A stretch of DNA of 64,000 nucleotides from a virus, in IMG/VR virus record IMGVR_UViG_3300024264_000015, positions 1 to 64,000 of that record; one strand, written 5' to 3'. Positions 8,355 to 18,071 of the stretch are shown piece by piece (position 1 is the stretch's first letter; each line of letters opens with the position of its first letter). The notes beneath the pieces are model-generated. The model was given only the letters and a program-made list of their open reading frames with translations, had not been told where the DNA came from and ran no database searches. A program made the position numbers and the translations under genes.

Positions 8355-9121
8355 TAAAACAAGTAAATGTTCAAAATTATAGACTATTACAACATTGTGA
8401 TGTAATGGTAGAGAGGTTATTAAAATTACCTCAAACTTTTAAATCAGTACCAATGCCAAATAATAGTTTTCATAGACTTAGAGAGCTTATGGCAGTTAAT
8501 GATGGTAGAATAGAAGAAACTAATACTAATGATTATGCAGATAGAATTGGTTATACTGTAAAAACTAACAAGGAACAAGCTAATTTTAATTTTACCTATC
8601 CTTGGGCTAGACCTATTAGAGATTATGCTAAGTATAAATTTATACAGTACTTTAACGAAGAACTTTTAACAGGCAGTTGGTATTGGGATAGCTATGAAGT
8701 ACAACCTCCTAAGTATGGATGGACTGCTTGGCACAGCTCAAAGAATAAACCTAGATATTTTATAAGATTCATTTGGAACAGTGGAGAAGGTTATACAACT
8801 TATGTAGAGAATGGTAAGTCTACAAAAATAAACGACAGACATGAGACTAACCCAGGAATGACAAATTGGACAGTTTTAGCAGGAACTCTTGATGGAAACC
8901 AATGGTTATCTGATAGAAATTTAGGAGATTATCCGAGAATAGTACTCGATATGTCAATTGCTAGTACAAAACATGATGAATTTAATGAAGCTGTTGATTT
9001 GCTAGAGCAATATGTAGAAGAAATTATGACAATGGTGCCTGAAAACAGAGAATTAGAAACTCCAATATTTACTGTTCAAGAAGAAGAAAACCAATATAGA
9101 ATACCTGCACAACCAAAATAA
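8351..9121 (+). CDS. cupin/2OG-oxygenase-like protein
   Basis: PPKYGWTAWHS..RFIWNSGEG; C-terminal PRIVL. Confidence 0.45.
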   Translation: MIKQVNVQNYRLLQHCDVMVERLLKLPQTFKSVPMPNNSFHRLRELMAVNDGRIEETNTNDYADRIGYTVKTNKEQANFNFTYPWARPIRDYAKYKFIQYFNEELLTGSWYWDSYEVQPPKYGWTAWHSSKNKPRYFIRFIWNSGEGYTTYVENGKSTKINDRHETNPGMTNWTVLAGTLDGNQWLSDRNLGDYPRIVLDMSIASTKHDEFNEAVDLLEQYVEEIMTMVPENRELETPIFTVQEEENQYRIPAQPK

Positions 9122-9300
9122 TGTTTAAACATTTATTTCAAATGCTCAAGTGGAAAAAAGAAATGCAGAAACAAGCAGATTGGTTTGATGAAAACGAACC
9201 AGCACAAGCAAGATTTGAAGAAAACGAAGATTGGTTAGAAGAATTAGAAGATAGAATAATTAAACTGGAAGAATTTAATGGCAAAAACAACACTAGATGA
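9121..9300 (+). CDS. 59-aa acidic protein (not in ORF track)
   Basis: TAATG-coupled; MFKHLFQMLKWKKEMQKQADWFDENEPAQARFEENEDWLEELEDRIIKLEE. Confidence 0.7.
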   Translation: MFKHLFQMLKWKKEMQKQADWFDENEPAQARFEENEDWLEELEDRIIKLEEFNGKNNTR

Positions 9301-9994
9301 CTTACTCACACATGACGTCAATGGCGAAGTAGAAACCTTGCCTGAGATAGAGAAGAAAAGAAAAGAATATCCTCGCAGTGCTGGTCCAGGAAGCCCTGCT
9401 CAAGAAGTTGTCTCATTATACAGAGACATAGCTAAGATTTTTAAGAGTACTACATACTTAAATTTAGGACAAAGAAATCCTGATTTTATACATGGAGACT
9501 CTTTTCAAATATACTACTCCCACCCAAACTATAAAAGCACCCCCTATATTTCAAGTTATCCTCCTATAAAGAAAGCGATAAAAAGTATATTATGGGCTTG
9601 TAATATGCAAAACCAACAACCCGCTTCAGAGTTAGAAGAACCTTTAGTAAGAAGTGCTAGACTGAATAATTATGATAGACCTATGAGAATAGAAGTTATA
9701 AAATTATATAAAGATGTAACAGTCACAGTACCTAAGAAAAGAAAATCAGCTATATTTTTATTAGAAGGAGATATATGGGTACTTACATCTAAAACCAGTA
9801 GTGTCGAACAAATGCTGTATATATCAGATATAAGACATGGTGAACAAGGGTTATGGTTAAAAGCTCTGCGAGAAAGAGAAATGTTCCCTAGAAGAATATT
9901 AGGAGAAAACACAGGCGTACTTACAGGAAATATATTAAAAACTACCATAGTACCAGAAAAAGACTCATCAATAGTAGTGGTAGATTATGCTTAA
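9278..9994 (+). CDS. hypothetical protein
   Basis: 238-aa coupled ORF. Confidence 0.7.
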   Translation: MAKTTLDDLLTHDVNGEVETLPEIEKKRKEYPRSAGPGSPAQEVVSLYRDIAKIFKSTTYLNLGQRNPDFIHGDSFQIYYSHPNYKSTPYISSYPPIKKAIKSILWACNMQNQQPASELEEPLVRSARLNNYDRPMRIEVIKLYKDVTVTVPKKRKSAIFLLEGDIWVLTSKTSSVEQMLYISDIRHGEQGLWLKALREREMFPRRILGENTGVLTGNILKTTIVPEKDSSIVVVDYA

Positions 9995-10742
9995 AATATT
10001 TATAGGAACAAGCGAACACCAAGACACAGCAGCAGAAAGGGTGCTTGTGTATTCATTACATAGAAATACTAATTATAACTTAGATATAACATTTTTAAGA
10101 CCTAGTATGTTTCCTGATTGGGATAGAAGTACTTGGGGTACTCCTTTTTCATACTTTAGGTATGCTATACCAGAGTTGTGTAATTGGAAAGGCAAAGCTA
10201 TATACATGGATGTAGACCAATTAAATTTTAGAAATATAGGAGACTTGTGGAATACAGATTTAGAAGGAAAGCCTTTTGGTATGTGCTGGGAAGCGGATAA
10301 CTGGAATGGTGGAAAGCATAGAGGAACACCTCTTGAGAGAGGTTGGTATTCTGATAGCGTAATGGTAATAGATTGTGAAAAAGCAAAAGAGTGGGTAGAT
10401 GAGATACATCATATTAGAGATATAAATAATGTAGGCGACACTTACAAGTATGTATTTTTTGCTAAGTGCGGAGCTCCCTACAAAGAAAAAGCAACTATGA
10501 TACATGAGATAGATGCAAGGTGGAATAGTTTTGATGGAACAAATACTAGCATTGCTGGTGCAAATACACACTATGATATACAGGATATATGGCATGTACA
10601 CTTTACAGGATTAAGTTATCAGCCGTGGCATCCAAATTACATCTATTCTCTAAAAGGAACTCATGAAAGAAGCGACATAACAAATGTTTGGTGGAAATAT
10701 CACAAGATTATAAATGATGAGTTATTATTAAATGAGATTTGA
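9987..10742 (+). CDS. GT8-like glycosyltransferase
   Basis: IFIG..TPFSYFRYAIP..AIYMDVD (DxD)..SVMVIDC..WN..HFT..PW. Confidence 0.8.
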   Translation: MLKIFIGTSEHQDTAAERVLVYSLHRNTNYNLDITFLRPSMFPDWDRSTWGTPFSYFRYAIPELCNWKGKAIYMDVDQLNFRNIGDLWNTDLEGKPFGMCWEADNWNGGKHRGTPLERGWYSDSVMVIDCEKAKEWVDEIHHIRDINNVGDTYKYVFFAKCGAPYKEKATMIHEIDARWNSFDGTNTSIAGANTHYDIQDIWHVHFTGLSYQPWHPNYIYSLKGTHERSDITNVWWKYHKIINDELLLNEI

Positions 10743-11421
10743 AGAGCTACTAAGCCCCATCGGGGTAGAAAAGTTTTATAAAGAACTTAAACATAAGAAG
10801 GCATTTTATATCAAGTCAGATAAAAATATCTTTGAAAATTATTTTAGTTGGGAAGAACTAGATAATTATATGAATCAAAATAAGATTGGTGCATGGGACA
10901 GAACTCCACAATTACAAATGGTTATGCCAAGTGGTAGAAAGTGGTGTAAGAAAAAGTCCCAAAAGAAAAGAAGTAGAAAAGAAATATTTGATTTATGGAA
11001 TCAAGGCAGTAGCATGATACTTACATTGAGTGAGTTCTTAAATGAAACCATGTGGAAACAATGTCAAGAGTTTGAAAAACATTATGGAGTTGGGCAGGCA
11101 AACATATATTGCAGTAAGCAAGCAAAAGCTAAGACCTTTCCAATCCATGCAGATAGTACCGATAACTTTCTCTTTCATGTAAGAGGAAAAATTCGTTGGT
11201 ACATATATAAAGAGTTCGTAACTGATAACTATCACCCCAAAGAAGAGGAGGTAACTGTCAGTCGAATAATAGAGCTGGACGAAGGTGATTTTCTTTACAT
11301 TCCGAAAGGTCTATTTCATAGGGTAGAAACCCTAAGTCCAAGAATATCAATTAGTTTTCACTTTCGAGAGAAAGGAGACAAACCTTACATAAGAAATGAT
11401 TGGTATGATTGGAAGCCGTAG
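10732..11421 (+). CDS. JmjC/cupin-4 (RoxA/YcfD-like) 2OG oxygenase
   Basis: ANIYCS..HADSTDNFLFHVRGKIRW..GDFLYIPKGLFH. Confidence 0.8.
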   Translation: MRFEELLSPIGVEKFYKELKHKKAFYIKSDKNIFENYFSWEELDNYMNQNKIGAWDRTPQLQMVMPSGRKWCKKKSQKKRSRKEIFDLWNQGSSMILTLSEFLNETMWKQCQEFEKHYGVGQANIYCSKQAKAKTFPIHADSTDNFLFHVRGKIRWYIYKEFVTDNYHPKEEEVTVSRIIELDEGDFLYIPKGLFHRVETLSPRISISFHFREKGDKPYIRNDWYDWKP

Positions 11422-11430
11422 GAGAACAAT

Positions 11431-11802
11431 ATGGCAGACGAACGATTCAGTGGAGATATGTCAAGGAATGAAGTAGAAATAGACCTTAATAAGTTTATGG
11501 AACTCGTTACTGAAAACAGTAATCTGAAAGCTGAAATATTAAAGTTAGAAAACGATAAAGAACCTGAGAATCCGTGGCAACGCTGGATTTGGCTATCTTC
11601 AATGATAGACGCTTGGAGAATCTTCCCCCGTTTATTTCTAACTGTGTACATTGTACTACTCTATAAATGTACAATATGGTTTATGGATTTACCAGACCCT
11701 TCAATGGAACAATCAGGTTTGATTAGTATTGTTGTTGGTGCAGGTGCGGCTTGGTTTGGTCTTTACGCTGGTACAGCAAAGGACAAAATTAACGGCAAGT
11801 AA
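11431..11802 (+). CDS. two-TM membrane protein, possible holin
   Basis: WRIFPRLF TM1; LISIVVGAGAAWFGLY TM2. Confidence 0.5.
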   Translation: MADERFSGDMSRNEVEIDLNKFMELVTENSNLKAEILKLENDKEPENPWQRWIWLSSMIDAWRIFPRLFLTVYIVLLYKCTIWFMDLPDPSMEQSGLISIVVGAGAAWFGLYAGTAKDKINGK

Positions 11803-11805
11803 ACC

Positions 11806-11910
11806 ATGGAGTCGATGTGGAAACACTATTGCAAGTGGGTACGTAATATAGTTTATGTACCCATTAGCATGAGGTGTCCATATTGTAAGAAATCAGAAAA
11901 TAATACTTGA
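11806..11910 (+). CDS. 34-aa Zn-ribbon-like peptide (not in ORF track)
   Basis: MESMWKHYCKWVRNIVYVPISMRCPYCKKSENNT. Confidence 0.55.
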   Translation: MESMWKHYCKWVRNIVYVPISMRCPYCKKSENNT

Positions 11911-11935
11911 CATATGCTTATAATTTTAGTATAAT
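11907..11935 (+). promoter_or_regulatory. sigma70 promoter
   Basis: TTGACA-17-TATAAT. Confidence 0.9.
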
Positions 11936-11941
11936 ATACAT

Positions 11942-12100
11942 ATGAAAAATACAGAATACAACGAACACAAAACAGTTAATATGTGGAACTCAGAAACAAA
12001 AGAGTTTGAAACATACCATTACGGAGAGTGCAAACACTGTGGGACATCAATACAGTCAGACAATGGCGAATGTCCTCAGTATAAATGCTGGATTGCGTAA
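11942..12100 (+). CDS. 52-aa Cys4 peptide, leaderless (not in ORF track)
   Basis: CKHC..CPQYKC; stop overlaps the next ATG. Confidence 0.7.
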   Translation: MKNTEYNEHKTVNMWNSETKEFETYHYGECKHCGTSIQSDNGECPQYKCWIA

Positions 12101-12699
12101 TGAATTTATTTTATTTAGATGAAAACCTAGACAAGTGCGCAGAGTATCATGTCGACAAGCACATAGTAAAGATGCCTCTCGAGGCAGCACAACTCTTATG
12201 TACTGCGATATGGATTGATGCCAAACTAGGTTTTGTACCCCGTGCGCTTGACAAGGACGAACGTGAGGTACTAAATAGTGAGAAAGCCAAGATTAAGCAC
12301 CTACCGCTTGACCAGCGACCGCTCACGCCATACCTACCGATGATGTATAATCATCCGTGTACGATATGGGTAAGGTCGAGCTTGGATAACTTTGAGTGGA
12401 CTCATTGTTACGCTAACGCGTTAAATGATGAGTACCACTATCGTTATGGCAAACAACACAAATCTATAGTAGAAGTAGTAAACAAACTACCTGAGCCAAA
12501 GAATATGCCCAGACTAGGATTTACAGAATTTGGATTGGCAATGCCAGATGAGTTGAAAGACTACGATAATCCTATACAGAGTTATCGAGATTATTATCAT
12601 CTTGACAAAGCTACATTTGCAGCATGGTCTCACAGAGACAAGCCTCATTGGTGGAATGAAGATTACGCCGATTATGAGGAGAGAATAACAGCAAAATGA
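12100..12699 (+). CDS. pyrimidine-dimer DNA glycosylase/DenV-like protein
   Basis: MNLFYLD..AEYHVDKHIVKMPLEAAQLL..NHPCTIW..AMPDE..YRDYY. Confidence 0.75.
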   Translation: MNLFYLDENLDKCAEYHVDKHIVKMPLEAAQLLCTAIWIDAKLGFVPRALDKDEREVLNSEKAKIKHLPLDQRPLTPYLPMMYNHPCTIWVRSSLDNFEWTHCYANALNDEYHYRYGKQHKSIVEVVNKLPEPKNMPRLGFTEFGLAMPDELKDYDNPIQSYRDYYHLDKATFAAWSHRDKPHWWNEDYADYEERITAK

Positions 12700-12890
12700 T
12701 TAAGAAAGAAGCTGGAGGATATACCTTCACATTTAACGATGGCACTTCCGAGAAAGCTATGGAAGAAGCTATCAAAACATATTTAAAAAGAGGAAACTAC
12801 TTTAGAAATATCGTCATGCGAAAGTCTGATGGTAGCGAAGTACACCTAGGAAATGGAGTGAGAAAACATGGCAAAAGACACACCTCTTAG
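12696..12890 (+). CDS. hypothetical protein
   Basis: Coupled ORF. Confidence 0.65.
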   Translation: MIKKEAGGYTFTFNDGTSEKAMEEAIKTYLKRGNYFRNIVMRKSDGSEVHLGNGVRKHGKRHTS

Positions 12891-13083
12891 TAAATTACTA
12901 GGAATAACAGACGAGCCACTAGAAACTATGTCTAAATCTGATATGCTTTTAAGTAATTTAGAAACACAACAAGCAAAGACTAGACAAGAGATACATTTAT
13001 TAGAAGAAGACTTAGCTGATAAGAAAGAGTATCTATTAAAAATAGTTGGTGGTATTGAAACTTTAAATGAATTACAAAAGTGA
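12868..13083 (+). CDS. hypothetical coiled-coil protein
   Basis: ORF with SD. Confidence 0.7.
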   Translation: MAKDTPLSKLLGITDEPLETMSKSDMLLSNLETQQAKTRQEIHLLEEDLADKKEYLLKIVGGIETLNELQK

Positions 13084-13736
13084 GAATAGTAGTCCAAGAT
13101 AATTTCTACCCTGAACCTGATAAAGTGAGAGAACAGGCACTTGCTATGTTCTTTCACCCAGGTCAAATGGGTATGCAAACAAAGTTCCCAGGTCAGCGAA
13201 CTAGAGGAACATTCTCGAAAGAGAACAGGATATATGTTAGGAATAAATTATCACATATGTTAAATAGAAACATGATAAACTTTCCTCACAATACTAGCAA
13301 CGCTGCGTTTACACTAGGAACTATTAGAGATAAGTCTCCTCAAAATTGGATTCATCATGATGCAACCTATATGGACAGGGAGAATAGACTTGGAGGTACA
13401 GAGTATGCCGCAGTTATATATCTATCCCCTGAGCCAGACCCTACAGCGGGTACTGCATTTTTTAGAAGTAGAAAATCAAAAACAATTTGGAAAACAAAAG
13501 AAGTGACTTTTGATAACTCTACAGGATTTAAAGATGTTTGGAAAGGACACCCTAACTTTGATTTACATATGTTCTCAGCAAATATATACAATAGAGCATT
13601 AGTATACCCTGCAAGATATTGGCATGCGCCTTCAAATGCAGGTTGGGGTTATGACAAAAAGACAGGCAGACTTGTACAAGTTTGCTTTTTTATGGTAGAA
13701 AGAGGGGAGTATGATGACAGAATACAACAGCAATAA
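13080..13736 (+). CDS. 2OG-Fe(II) oxygenase-like protein (DUF6445-like)
   Basis: VQDNFYPEPD..FPGQR..WIHHD..AAVIYLSP..GTAFF..YNRALVY..H..RLVQVCFF. Confidence 0.75.
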   Translation: MRIVVQDNFYPEPDKVREQALAMFFHPGQMGMQTKFPGQRTRGTFSKENRIYVRNKLSHMLNRNMINFPHNTSNAAFTLGTIRDKSPQNWIHHDATYMDRENRLGGTEYAAVIYLSPEPDPTAGTAFFRSRKSKTIWKTKEVTFDNSTGFKDVWKGHPNFDLHMFSANIYNRALVYPARYWHAPSNAGWGYDKKTGRLVQVCFFMVERGEYDDRIQQQ

Positions 13737-14031
13737 GTTTAACGAGGACGAAGCACTCAAAACGCTTCAAACCTATATTGAATCCACGTACGGTGGACAT
13801 TATAGTATGAATAAAATACAGTCTACTGAGTTCATATTTGACGCAGGGCATGGAGAAAGTTTCTGTCTAGGAAACATAATAAAGTATGCACAGAGATATG
13901 GAAAGAAAGAAGGAAAGAACACAGCAGACTTATTAAAGATTTTACATTACGGAATAATTTTACTAGGGGCAACATATGAGAACGAAAAAACACGAAAATC
14001 TTACACAGGCAAATATAACCAAGGTAATTGA
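13711..14031 (+). CDS. DUF3310 / T7 gp1.7-like protein
   Basis: HYS..FCLGNIIKYAQRYGKKEG..DLLKILHY. Confidence 0.75.
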   Translation: MMTEYNSNKFNEDEALKTLQTYIESTYGGHYSMNKIQSTEFIFDAGHGESFCLGNIIKYAQRYGKKEGKNTADLLKILHYGIILLGATYENEKTRKSYTGKYNQGN

Positions 14032-14635
14032 GTTATTAAATCCAACGGATGGTAGTAAACCCATTACCAAGAAGGAAGCTTGTGGTATATTAAATATTGC
14101 TTACAACACAACAAGATTAAGTAATATTATAACAGAATTTAACGAGACTATGGAGTTTCGTGCAAAACGAAAAGCACAGAACAAAGGTAAAGCAGCAACA
14201 CCACAAGAGATTTCATCCGCAGTAGCGATGTACTTGGACGGAGCTACAATATCAGATATAGCCAAAGGGTTGTATCGTTCTCCTGCTTTCGTAAAAGGTA
14301 TCATTGATAGAATTGGAGTACCTCAAAAGCTCTCAATGACAGACTATGAAGGAAGAAGAAATGCTATGTTACCAGAACAGTGTGTAGCAGAGGAGTTTAA
14401 ACCCGAAGAAAAAGTTTGGGCAATTAGACAAAACTATCCTGCTATAGTTAAGAGAGAACTGAAGCCTGAATTGGCAGATGAAAGAGGGTACAGAGTGTAT
14501 TTAGTAGATACAATAGAGTGTACACAAGAAGATTTAAAAGATACGTACTTTCCATATCTAAGTTTTGCAGGCAAACAATATTGTCTAGCATCTTATGAGA
14601 TGGGCAGTCTAAGACATTTACGAGAGTATATGTAA
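13976..14635 (+). CDS. D2: T5 D2-like protein
   Basis: TKKEACGILNI..YLDGATISDIAKGLYRS..LPEQCVAEEF..YEMGSLRHL; synteny. Confidence 0.8.
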   Translation: MRTKKHENLTQANITKVIELLNPTDGSKPITKKEACGILNIAYNTTRLSNIITEFNETMEFRAKRKAQNKGKAATPQEISSAVAMYLDGATISDIAKGLYRSPAFVKGIIDRIGVPQKLSMTDYEGRRNAMLPEQCVAEEFKPEEKVWAIRQNYPAIVKRELKPELADERGYRVYLVDTIECTQEDLKDTYFPYLSFAGKQYCLASYEMGSLRHLREYM

Positions 14636-14646
14636 TAAGGACATTT

Positions 14647-14892
14647 ATGTCAGAATATATTATAGCCATGTGGCTTTCTGCATGGTTATTACAACTTTAC
14701 ACAATTTATTATCCCGTAATGAGGAGAGTACCTCATGGGCATATAGTAAGAAAACAATGGTTTGTTTCCTACAGCGTAGTATTTATCTTCGCTATCTTGC
14801 TAGTACCATTTTCACTACCAGCTATGCTAAGTGAGAATCACAGGATTAGATATCAGAATGGATTTCTGAAAGGATTATTAGGAGAAGAATAA
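14647..14892 (+). CDS. small membrane protein
   Basis: Two hydrophobic segments; AAGGA SD. Confidence 0.7.
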   Translation: MSEYIIAMWLSAWLLQLYTIYYPVMRRVPHGHIVRKQWFVSYSVVFIFAILLVPFSLPAMLSENHRIRYQNGFLKGLLGEE

Positions 14893-15104
14893 TGGCGTAT
14901 ATAGGAAACCCCTACTACGATGCACTCGAAGCAAAGTATATAGCACAGATTAAAGAAGCACAAGCAGTGCTACAAACATACTTTCAAAACTCAGTAGGTA
15001 TTGGAGAACACTCTGATTTATTACCTGAGTTTGATAAGTGGGTAGAACAACTTGCAAGTGCTGATGAAAAGCTACAAGCTTTACGCAAGTTGCTTAAAAG
15101 ATGA
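14892..15104 (+). CDS. hypothetical protein (VGIGEH motif)
   Basis: Coupled ORF. Confidence 0.7.
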   Translation: MAYIGNPYYDALEAKYIAQIKEAQAVLQTYFQNSVGIGEHSDLLPEFDKWVEQLASADEKLQALRKLLKR

Positions 15105-15457
15105 ATCAAGTACTAATACTAGAAATAGGGAGTACAAAGATAGGTGTCATAAGAAACCCTTATGAACGTGCTGTCTTTCATTATATGCACGGACTAAATT
15201 GGATTGGATTTGATAAGTGGATTCAAGAAAATAATTTAGTTAGTCAAGTAGAGGCTTATAAACAATGTATAGAACTAATTGCATTTGATGACTGGGAAAA
15301 TGAATTAAAAAATTTAAAGCTAGATGTAAAAGATACATCAGTTATGCAAGGTCAAAAAACAATAACGGACTGGAGAAGTTGGTACACTTTAAAAAGTAAA
15401 CAAGTAATTACTGAAGTATTCAAAGATGATATACTTACCTACGGTTTTAGCTACTAA
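15101..15457 (+). CDS. short sulfotransferase-2-like protein
   Basis: VIRNPYERAV and C-terminal DILTYGFSY; no N-terminal PAPS loop seen. Confidence 0.45.
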   Translation: MNQVLILEIGSTKIGVIRNPYERAVFHYMHGLNWIGFDKWIQENNLVSQVEAYKQCIELIAFDDWENELKNLKLDVKDTSVMQGQKTITDWRSWYTLKSKQVITEVFKDDILTYGFSY

Positions 15458-15496
15458 AAAATAGTTCTTGACTCATGCTTAAAATTCTTGTATAAT
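15458..15496 (+). promoter_or_regulatory. sigma70 promoter
   Basis: aaaatagttcTTGACT(15468-15473)-17-TATAAT(15491-15496). Confidence 0.9.
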
Positions 15497-15520
15497 ATAT
15501 TTATATTAAGGAAATAAGCA

Positions 15521-15988
15521 ATGAGTGACAGATTTTACCAACAAATGCTAGAGACCACAGGTTGGGCTCCAGGTTATCGTAATACCTCAACTCTTGCCGA
15601 ATACAAACAAAACTACACATTAAAAAGGAAAAGAAACATGGCGTGGACAGACGAAAGTAAAGAACAAGCAGTTGAAATGTATACTGCTGAAGAACCAACT
15701 CCAGAGAATAGCATGGAAGTTGTACAGATGATTGCTGAAGAATTAGGCGAGAGCCCAAATGGTGTCAGAATGATTCTAACAAAAGCAGGTGTTTATGTTA
15801 AGAAAACACCAGCAGTCAAATCCTCATCAGGTGGAGGCGGTGGCAGAGTAAATGTCGCAGCTGCACAAGATGGTTTGATTAAAGCTATTAGTGATATGGG
15901 CGAAGAAGCAGATAGTGCTATTGTAAGTAAACTTACAGGTAAAGCAGCAGTATACTTCACTAACTTAATCAACAAACTTAACGATTAA
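15521..15988 (+). CDS. D3: T5 D3-like DNA-binding protein (second start at 15638)
   Basis: MAWTDESK..PTPENSME..GESPNGVRMILTKAGVYVKK..KLTGKAAVYF. Confidence 0.8.
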   Translation: MSDRFYQQMLETTGWAPGYRNTSTLAEYKQNYTLKRKRNMAWTDESKEQAVEMYTAEEPTPENSMEVVQMIAEELGESPNGVRMILTKAGVYVKKTPAVKSSSGGGGGRVNVAAAQDGLIKAISDMGEEADSAIVSKLTGKAAVYFTNLINKLND

Positions 15989-15999
15989 TACCCCTGGAA

Positions 16000-16032
16000 T
16001 GTGGGCAGTCTTCGGACTGTCCGCACTTTTTT
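16000..16032 (+). terminator. intrinsic terminator
   Basis: tgtgggcagtc-TTCG-gactgtccgca then T-run. Confidence 0.9.
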
Positions 16033-16108
16033 ACATCTAAAGGAATCACCTTACAGAGTGACACCATGATTGGACGGTAATAGATATTAACCTACCAACA
16101 GGAATCAC

Positions 16109-16381
16109 ATGAAGAAAGAAGATTTTGTTAGAAAATTAGACGATGCTGGGGATGCAATCGTCACATACAGAAGTCAAAACAGTCGTAGGCTAAAATATAA
16201 CGTATGCACGAGTGACTTTGACAATAAGTATATACAATCTAAAAGAAATAGAGCAAAACCAAATAATAAACAAGTATTATTATTTTGTTGGGATACTGAC
16301 TCTTATAGATTGTTAGTCCCTGACAATGTAACTTCTATTGTACCTCTATCAAGGATATTGAAAAATGATAGAACTACATGA
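16109..16381 (+). CDS. conserved T5-like hypothetical protein (WYL-like)
   Basis: YNVCT..FCWDTDSYRLL; synteny. Confidence 0.65.
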   Translation: MKKEDFVRKLDDAGDAIVTYRSQNSRRLKYNVCTSDFDNKYIQSKRNRAKPNNKQVLLFCWDTDSYRLLVPDNVTSIVPLSRILKNDRTT

Positions 16382-16667
16382 AGCACCAGCTGTCTATGAA
16401 AAAGAAATAAGTTATAACGAAGCAAAATCTGAAAAAGTATTCGTTATGATAAATACTTTTCGTGGAACAGAGTATCTACATATTAGAAAGTATTATCAAG
16501 ACTTTGATGAAGAATGGAAACCTACCAAGGACGGCATTGCCATGCCTTTAGACTTTAATAATAGTCGTGGACTATTTGAGGCGTTGGTTGAGATTCTTTC
16601 AATATCAGAGGTCAAAGGAGTGCTAGAAACTCATTTCAAAGAAGTTCTCGATAAGATATACCTATAG
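16365..16667 (+). CDS. PC4-like ssDNA-binding protein
   Basis: FRGTEYLHIRKYYQDFDEEWKPTKDGI. Confidence 0.8.
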   Translation: MIELHEAPAVYEKEISYNEAKSEKVFVMINTFRGTEYLHIRKYYQDFDEEWKPTKDGIAMPLDFNNSRGLFEALVEILSISEVKGVLETHFKEVLDKIYL

Positions 16668-16683
16668 CTCTAAAAAATAATAC

Positions 16684-16712
16684 TTGACAAATCCTTAAAA
16701 ATTCTGTATAAT
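16684..16712 (+). promoter_or_regulatory. sigma70 promoter (leaderless ligA)
   Basis: TTGACA-17-TATAAT, ATG at 16719. Confidence 0.9.
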
Positions 16713-16718
16713 ATATCT

Positions 16719-17687
16719 ATGAATAAGACAGAATACCTAGAATTATGTAATCAGAAGTATGCAGAGGGTAATCCTATATTACCTGACGAAGTATACGATA
16801 GACTCGTAGAGAATACCGCATTAGAAACACAAGTAGGATATAAACCTCAAGACACATGCTTTCGCGGCTTTGCACCTCTAGATTCACGATTCAAACATCC
16901 TTACCCAATGTATTCATTACAGAAAGTCTTTATCGGAGAAGATAAAGAACCAGATTGGGATTCCAAACAACCACACATTATGACTGCCAAGTTGGATGGC
17001 GCAGCTGTGTCTATTACATACATAGATGGCGAACTAACACAGGCATTAACTCGTGGAGATGGCAGAGAAGGATTAGATATTACTGGAAAAATGAAAACTT
17101 TAGTACCAAATCAAATATGGAGTAAAGGACTGAAACAGATTACTGGAGAAGTCGTTGCACCAAAAGAAATACCAAACGCTAGAAACTATGCGAGTGGTGC
17201 TTTGAATCTAAAGGACTTAGAAGAATTTAAATCTCGTAATCTTACATTTATATCTTATGGTATTCAACCAGCAATTTGTGTTGATTGGATTGAAGATATG
17301 ACTATGGTAAAAGATATGGGATTTAACACTGTCACAGAAAGTGATTGGACTGAATTTCCTCACGATGGTAAAGTTGTAAGGGTCGACTCTAATATATATT
17401 TTGAAACATTAGGCCACACCTCACACCATCCAAGAGGAGCTTTCGCTCTGAAGACAAGACAGGCAGGAGTAGTTACTCGACTCTTAGATGTTGAATGGAA
17501 TGTCGGGAAGTCAGGTGCTGTTTCACCAGTCGCAATCTTAGAGCCATGTGTGATAGGAGAGGCAACAGTTAGCCGTGCCACCTTACACAATATCGGATAT
17601 ATCGAAGCACTAGACCTAGAGATAGGGTGTAATGTAGAAGTTATTCGTAGTGGAGAAATCATACCTCGAATTGTAAAACGAGTATAA
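16719..17687 (+). CDS. ligA: NAD-dependent DNA ligase, subunit A
   Basis: MYSLQK, KLDG, TRGDG, RNYASG, DGKVV, VGKSG, RATLHN, RSGEIIP. Confidence 0.92.
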   Translation: MNKTEYLELCNQKYAEGNPILPDEVYDRLVENTALETQVGYKPQDTCFRGFAPLDSRFKHPYPMYSLQKVFIGEDKEPDWDSKQPHIMTAKLDGAAVSITYIDGELTQALTRGDGREGLDITGKMKTLVPNQIWSKGLKQITGEVVAPKEIPNARNYASGALNLKDLEEFKSRNLTFISYGIQPAICVDWIEDMTMVKDMGFNTVTESDWTEFPHDGKVVRVDSNIYFETLGHTSHHPRGAFALKTRQAGVVTRLLDVEWNVGKSGAVSPVAILEPCVIGEATVSRATLHNIGYIEALDLEIGCNVEVIRSGEIIPRIVKRV

Positions 17688-17690
17688 TAC

Positions 17691-18071
17691 ATGGGTGGTG
17701 GAGTATATAATAAAACTTTTTTTGAAAACCATCCGTGGGAAAAAGAAAAAGAAGGCGTCCTCTATGGGATAGTGCTAGTAAATAAGGCAACATGGGAACG
17801 AGAAACAATAAAAGTCGGAATCGCAAAAGGGCGAACATTCAAAGACGTAGTAAAACGAGGGCGTGGATTTACAAACTACGACATCAGAATACAGAGGATT
17901 TGGACAGGAACGATATACAACTGTTGGAGATGGGAACAGAAACTACACAAAATGTACAAGAATGACAGACACAAAACCGCCCACCATTTTGGAGGGCATA
18001 CGGAATGCTTTACAATGGACTCGAAAATCTTACACAGCTTCCCCAAGAAAGATGAAATTTACAGGGATTAG
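17691..18071 (+). CDS. T5orf172/GIY-YIG-like putative endonuclease
   Basis: GVLY..IKVGIA..WEQKLH..FGGHTECF. Confidence 0.55.
   Translation: MGGGVYNKTFFENHPWEKEKEGVLYGIVLVNKATWERETIKVGIAKGRTFKDVVKRGRGFTNYDIRIQRIWTGTIYNCWRWEQKLHKMYKNDRHKTAHHFGGHTECFTMDSKILHSFPKKDEIYRD

Noticed and set aside
17863-18051. N-terminal extension of the carbamoyltransferase in the ORF track
   Set aside because: Overlaps the upstream gene; the family N-terminus begins at MKFTGISEGFHDA (18052)
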